Assembly: GCF_030144855.1 (NCBI RefSeq)
Contig: NC_082710.1
Coordinates: 181,784,001 to 181,848,000 of the forward strand
Source: Hypanus sabinus
Lineage: Eukaryota
Length of the DNA: 64,000 bases
Reading direction: 5' to 3'
This document shows positions 57,750 to 64,000 of the stretch, one piece after another. The notes beneath the pieces were generated by a model. That model ran no database searches. It saw only the letters and a program-made list of their open reading frames with translations, and was not told where the DNA came from. The first letter of the stretch is position 1; each line of letters begins with the position of its first letter. The position numbers and the translations under genes were made by a program.

Positions 57750-60700
57750 AACAGGTCCGATATCCCAGCAGGCGGGTTTAATAGAGCTGTTCAGGAAGGT
57801 TGAAAGTAATTTGGCAGGGGGATAGGGCTGAGAAAGGGGAAAACACATGTAAAGCAAAGATAGCGTGCAACAGAGATGATAGAAAGAACAGGCAGGAGAT
57901 GAGGCAAAATCACAGCCAGAGGGATGAGTTACCGGGCAATAGAGGTGCAGTTATAACAACAGAATGCAACAAATACTGGACTGAAAGTGTTATATTTGAA
58001 TGCACGCAGCATAAGGAGTAAATTGGATGATCTTGATATTCAGCTACAGATTGGTAAATACGACGTCGTGGCCATCTCTGAAACTTGGCTAAGGGATGGC
58101 TGCCATTGGGAGCTGAATGTCCAAGGATATACAGTGTATCAGAAAGATAGGTTAGTAGGCAGAGAGGGTGGTGTGGCTCTGTGTATAAGAAATTATATTA
58201 AGTCAGTAGAAAGAGATGACACAGGATAGGAAGGTGTAGAGTCTCTATGGGTTGAGTTAAGAAATGGCAAGGGTAAAAGGACCCTAGTGGCAGTTGTATA
58301 CAGGCCTCCAATCAGCATCCGGGTTGTGGATTACAAATTACAGCAGGAGCTAGAAAAGGCATGTCAGAAGGGCATTGTCATGATAATCATTGGGAATTTT
58401 AACATGAAAGTGGCTTGGGAAAACCAGGGCAGTACTGGACCTCAAGAGAGAGAATTTGTAGAATGTCTAAGGGATGGCTTTTTAGAACAGCTTCTTGTTG
58501 AGCCCACTAGGGGATTGGCTGTGCTGAATTGGGTGCTGTACAATGATCCGGAGGAGATAAGAGAGCTTAAGTTTAAGGAATCCTTAGGGAACAGTGATCA
58601 CAATATGATCAAGTTCACATTGAAATTTGAGAGGGAGAAAATAAAATTCAATGTGTCGGTAATTCAGGGAAATAAAGGAAATTACAATGGCTTGAGAGCA
58701 GAACTGGCCAAAGTTGGCTGGAAAGGGACATTTGCAGGAATGACAGCAGAGCTGTAATGACTGGAGTTTCTACGAAAAATGAGGGAAGTGCAGGACAGAT
58801 ACTTCTTAAATAAGAAGAAATTTTCAAAGGGAAGAGCACTACCGTGGTTAACAAGTGAAATCAGAGCCAAAGTAAAAGCAAAAGAGTGGGCATACAAGGA
58901 AGCCAGAGCTAGAGGGAAGATAGAGGATTGAGGAGCTTTAAAAATGTGCAGAATGTTATCAGGAAGCAAAAGATGAATTATGAAAGGAAGCTGGTGACTA
59001 ATATCAACGAAGAAACTAAAAGCCTTTTTAAGTATATAAAGGGTAAAGCAGAGTCGAGGGTAGACATAGGACCAATACGAAATGATGCTGGAGATATTGT
59101 AATGAGAGATGCAGAGATGGCAGAGGAACTGAATGCGTATTTTGCATCAGTCTTCACAGTGGAAGACATCTAAGTATACCGGACATTCAAGAGTGTCAGT
59201 GAGTGAAGTTGACTGATGACTGAGAAGGTGCTCAGGAAGCTTAATGGTCTGAGCGTGAATAAATCTCCTGGACCTGATGGAATGCAGCCTTGGGTTCTGA
59301 AGGAAGTAGCTGGAGAGATTGCAGAGGCATTAACATTGATCTTTCAAGAATCAATAGATTCTGGCATTGTACCAGATGACTGGAAAATTGCTAATGTTAA
59401 TCCACTATTTAAAAAGGGTGGGAGGCAATGGAAAGGAAACTATGGACCTGTTAGCCTGACATCTGTTGTTGGGAAGTTGTTGGAATCGATTGTTAGGGAT
59501 GAGATTACAGAGTACTTGGAGGCACATGACAAGATAGGCCAAAGCAAGGATGGTTTCCTAAAAGGAAAATCCTGCCTAATAAACCTACTGCAATTCTTTG
59601 AGGAAATTATAAGCAGGGTAGACAAAGGAGATGCAGTAGACATGGTGTACTTGGATTTTCAGAAGGCCTTTGACAAAGTGCCGCACATGAGGCTGCTTAG
59701 CAAGATAAGAGCCCGTGGGATTGCAGGGAAGTTACTCGCATGGGTGGAGCATTGGCTGGTCGACAGAGAGTGGGAATAAAGGGATCCTATTCTGGCTGGT
59801 TGCCAGTCACCAGTGGAGTTCCACTGCGGTCGGTGTTGGGACAGCTGATTTTACGATGTATGTCAATGATTTGGACTATGGTATTAATGGATTTGAAAGC
59901 TAAATTTGCCAATGACACAAAGATAGATGGAGGAGCAGGTAGTGTTGAGGAAACAGAGAGCCTGCAGAGAGACTTAATTTAGGGGAATGGAAGTGGTAAA
60001 TGAAATACAACGTAGTGTATAGTCATGCACTTTGGTGGAAGAAATAAACGGACAGACTATTATTTAGATGGGGAGAGAATTCAAATGCAGAGATGCAAAG
60101 GGACTTGGGAGTCCTTGCGCAGGATACCCTGAAGGTTAACCTTCAGGCTGAGACAGTTGTGAAGAAGGCAAATGTGATATTGGCATTCATTTCTAGAGGT
60201 ATAGCATATAAGAGCAGGGATGTAATGTTGAGGCTCTATAAGGCACTCATGAGACCACACAGAGTATTGTGTGCAATTTTGGGCTCCTTTTTTCAGAAAG
60301 GATATACTGACATTGGGGAGGGTACTGAGAAGATTCATGAAAATTATTCCAGGAATGAAAGGGTTACCATATGAAGAACATCTAGAAGCTCTTGGGCTGT
60401 ATTCCCTGGAGTTCAGGAGAATGAGGGGGGATCTCATAGAAACATTCTGAATGTTAAAAGGCCTGAACAGAATAGATATGGCAAAGTTATTTCCCATGGT
60501 AGGAGAGTCTAGGGGGGCAAGACTTCAGGATTGAAGGACATCCATTTAGAACTGAGGTGCAGAGAAATTAGTTTAGTCAGAGGGTGGTAAATCAATGGAA
60601 TTTGTTGCCACGAGCGGCTGTGGAGGCCAAGTCATTCGTTGTATTTAAGACGGAGATAGATAGGTGTTTGATTAGCCAGGGCATCAAAGGGTATGGGGTG

Positions 60701-60810
60701 AAGGCAGGGGAGTGGGGATGAGTGGGAGAATTGGATCAGCCCATGATTGAATGGCGGAGCAGACGCGATGGGCCAAATGGCCCACCTGCTCCTATGTCTT
60801 ATGGTGTTAT
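57750..60810 (+). mobile_element. CR1 LINE, ORF1 end plus full-span but multiply disrupted ORF2 and 3' UTR
   Basis: YLNARSIRSK..ETWL (APE start), VYRPP, SDHN, KSPGPDG, VYLDFQKAFDKVPH and KFANDTK are spread over several short ORFs. Confidence 0.92.
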
Positions 60811-63016
60811 AGGTCAAAGTTCTCATCAGCAATTTACATGCTCCCAAAGCACTTGCAATATGCGTACACTAAGAGAGTCTATTTTTTGTGTATACAAAGT
60901 CATAGAACACTGCAGTGTAGAAACAGGTCCGTTGGCCATTTAGATCATGCTAAATTGTTATTCTGCCTAGTCCCATCGACCTGCACCCAAACCATAGCCC
61001 TCCAAACCTCTCCCATTAGTGCACTGACCCAAACATCTCTTAAAAGTTGCAATCGAACCCGCATCTACCACTTCCACTGACAGTTCATTCCACATTCTCA
61101 CCATCCTGAGTGAAGTTCTCCTTCATGTTCCCCTAAAACATTTCACCTTTCACCTTTAACCCATGGCCTCTAGTTCTGGTCTCACCCAACCCCAGCTGAA
61201 ATACACTTAAGTGGCCACTTTATTTGTTCCAGGAGGGGGACCCGGTGTGGTATTCTGCTGCTGTTGCTGTTCAATGTATTGTGAATCTGGAGATGCTCTT
61301 CTGTTGCAATGTGTGGTTATTTGAGTTTTTACCTTCCTCTCAGCTGGAACCAGTCTCCTCTGACCTCTCTCATTAACAAGGTGTCTTCACCCTCAGAACT
61401 GCCCCTCACTGGATGTTTTTTTGTTTAACACACTGTAAACTCTGTGCATGATTTTATGCCTTGATTTGCTGATTAGGTATTTGCACTAACGAGTGTACAG
61501 AGGTGATTAATAGACTGCACAAGTCTATACTGTATGCTAGTGAGAATAACCCTGCTTCTGATTCTCCATGCTTGGGCGTGTTGAGCAAATTGGTTGTGGG
61601 TCAGTTGAGGGACCTTGTCGTTCTTGCTACTGAGTACTGTTCTGTCTAAACTGCACGTGTGCACGGCCATGCGGTAACTGAGATGCTCCCATGCAGACAG
61701 ACTTGTCACCGCACGGCTGGGATTTTCTGTTATACACTGCTAATACAACACATTTAATACAGAGTGTTTTAGCAAAGATTTCAGAAGTATACGAACATTA
61801 TAGAAAAGAAAATTCCAGCTGCACTATGTGCGTAGGAGCATTTCATGTCCTGCACAGCCACACAGCCTCCGAGACTGGCCAAAATAATCATACTCATTAG
61901 GGAGGGGGTCAATTCCTGCCCAAGTCCCCACCCATAATCAAACAGAAGGGACAGCAGATGCTGGAGTCTGGAGGAACTCAGCAGGTCAGGCAGCATTTGT
62001 GCAGGAAACTGGACAATCAACACTTCATGTCAAGACCCTTCATCTGAACTAACTGAATATCCTTGGAGGTGATTCAGACAGTGGTTTTCTGGAGGTTCTC
62101 CTACATCAGTGAATCCTAAAGGGGCATAGTGCAAACTGAAGACTATTTGTCAACTTAAGTTTGTTGATGTTTTAATTATGCAAGGAAATAGTTAAATTTG
62201 ACTCTTCCTTGGTATGTTTTATTTATTTTTAGAACAGGACCTACCAAGCCACACCACCCTGCAACCCACCGCTTTAATCCTAGCCTAAGCACAGCACAAT
62301 TTACAATGGCCAATTAACCTACCAGCCAGTATGCTCTGGACCGTGGGAGGAAACTGGATGAATGAGAAGAATGTATAAACTTTCTTACCGAGGACATTGG
62401 AATTGAACTCGGAAATCCCAAGCTGTAATAGTGTTGCATTAACCCCTACGCTATGAATTCCTAAGATACCAAGATACCAAGTAACAGAAAACTGAAGCTG
62501 TAAGTCAAAGTATTGTTAGTCCAGGATATGGGAAAGTTTTGAGAAAGTACAAGGAAACCAGTCCACAGCCATGGTCAATCTACAGCCTTGAGAGTAGATC
62601 ACGGTGTATATGTATATGTTTGTCTGGAAAGTATTGCAGTGAGATATAAAAAGGGGCAATTTCTTTATGTGAGGAGGAATCTTCTCTTTGGCTAGGTCAT
62701 GACGTGCTAAAATTTGGAGTTAGAGACAAGAAAGGCGAGATAGAGTGGATGGGGGAGAGGGGTATTTGCACTGGTTGTTTGTCAGTCTTTGTTTAGAGTT
62801 TTTCATAAATTCTATTGTATTTCTTTATTTTCCTATAATGCCTGCAAGAAAATGAATCTCAAGATAGTATGAGGTGACATATAAATAGTTTGACAATAAA
62901 TTTTCTTTGAAATTTGGAAAGATTAAGGAGTTGAGGCCAAGGGCGAAGGATAAACTGGTGTTCAGTTCACTGCTCTGTGAGGCTTTACTTGCTTCAGCGC
63001 TGAACCGATGTTGCCA

Positions 63017-63642
63017 CTGTGGCCTACAGCCAGTGGGCTCCAGTGTCACCTCAGAGCTGAACTGGCTCCGTGGCTGTGGCCTCCAGCCAGTGGGCTCCAG
63101 TGTTGACTCAGGGCAGAACTGGCTCCGTGGCTGTGGCCTACAGCCAGTGGGCTCCAGTGTTGACTCAGGGCTGAACTGGCTCCGTGGCTCTGGCCTACAG
63201 CCAGTGGGCTCCAGTGTTGACTCAGGGCTGAACTGGCTCCGTGGCTCTGGCCTACAGCCAGTGGGCTCCAGTGTTGACTCAGGGCTGAACTGGCTCCGTG
63301 GCTCTGGCCTACAGCCAGTGGGCTCCAGTGTTGACTCAGGGCTGAACTGGCTCCGTGGCTCTGGCCTACAGCCAGTGGGCTCCAGTGTTGACTCAGGGCT
63401 GAACTGGCTCCGTGGCTCTGGCCTACAGCCAGTGGGCTCCAGTGTTGACTCAGGGCTGAACTGGCTCCGTGGCTCTGGCCTACAGCCAGTGGGCTCCAGT
63501 GTTGACTCAGGGCTGAACTGGCTCCGTGGCTCTGGCCTACAGCCAGTGGGCTCCAGTGTTGACTCAGGGCTGAACTGGCTCCGTGGCTCTGGCCTACAGC
63601 CAGTGGGCTCCAGTGTTGACTCAGGGCTGAACTGGCTCCATG
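63017..63642. repeat. 57-bp minisatellite, ~11 units (CTACAGCCAGTGGGCTCCAGTGTTGACTCAGGGCTGAACTGGCTCCGTGGCTCTGGC)
   Basis: The unit recurs at 63195, 63252 and onward, with 19-aa periodicity in ORFs on both strands. Confidence 0.97.
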
Positions 63643-63699
63643 GTGGTGAACTCACTTCTGGGGACTCTGCAGTTCATTTCTCTCAGACTTAGGACACCT

Positions 63700-64000
63700 G
63701 GACAATCCAAACACCTATGTGAGGATGCTGTTTGTTGACATTTAACACCATCATTCCCACAGTCCTGATCAATAAGTTACAGAACCTGGGCCTCTGTATC
63801 TCCCTCTGCTACTGGATCCTTGACTTTCTAACCAGAAGACCACAACCTGTGTGGATTGGTGATAATCCTGGTGTACTTAGGGCTTCACCGTGCACCTAGA
63901 TGACAGACTTGAGTGGAGCACAACACAGAGGGTGTGTACAAGAAGGGCTAGAGTCACCTGTACTTCCTGAGCAGACTGAGGCCCTTTAGAATTGCAGGCC
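63700..64000 (+). mobile_element. Rex1/Babar-type LINE RT fragment, running off the window
   Basis: [40 protein letters not shown]-like translation. Confidence 0.65.

Noticed and set aside
62825-63692. 261 and 276 aa ORFs as protein-coding genes
   Set aside because: They are products of a 57-bp (19-codon) tandem unit, with no independent coding evidence.

Overview
Repeat-rich vertebrate DNA, most likely from a cartilaginous fish such as a ray (inferred from the repeat mix of CR1, Penelope, Rex1/Babar, Tx1, V-SINE/HE1-type SINEs and Tc1, and from the TRIM/B30.2 style). It is not prokaryotic and has no CRISPR. Two spliced genes on the minus strand can be built from the sequence. One is a complete 6-exon RING-B-box-coiled-coil-PRY/SPRY TRIM gene (24523->17389, 479 aa). 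The other is a butyrophilin-like gene (leader-IgV-IgC-TM-microexons-B30.2, 54443->32483, about 490 aa) with a candidate ISRE-containing promoter near 57.3-57.4 kb. Two identical, full-length U1 snRNA genes with PSE/DSE promoters face each other (2900-3063 +, 8815-8978 -) and bracket a TRIM relic and a nest of Tx1, solo-LTR and CR1 insertions. About a dozen decayed Penelope-type minimal hammerhead ribozyme motifs are scattered through the window, several in sense orientation inside introns. There are also four larger minisatellite arrays (38, 43, 42 and 57 bp units), an inverted duplication upstream of the TRIM gene, and one young, nearly intact CR1 ORF2. All gene models, alignments and identity figures were derived by eye from splice signals, phase and family knowledge, with no transcript data or database searches.
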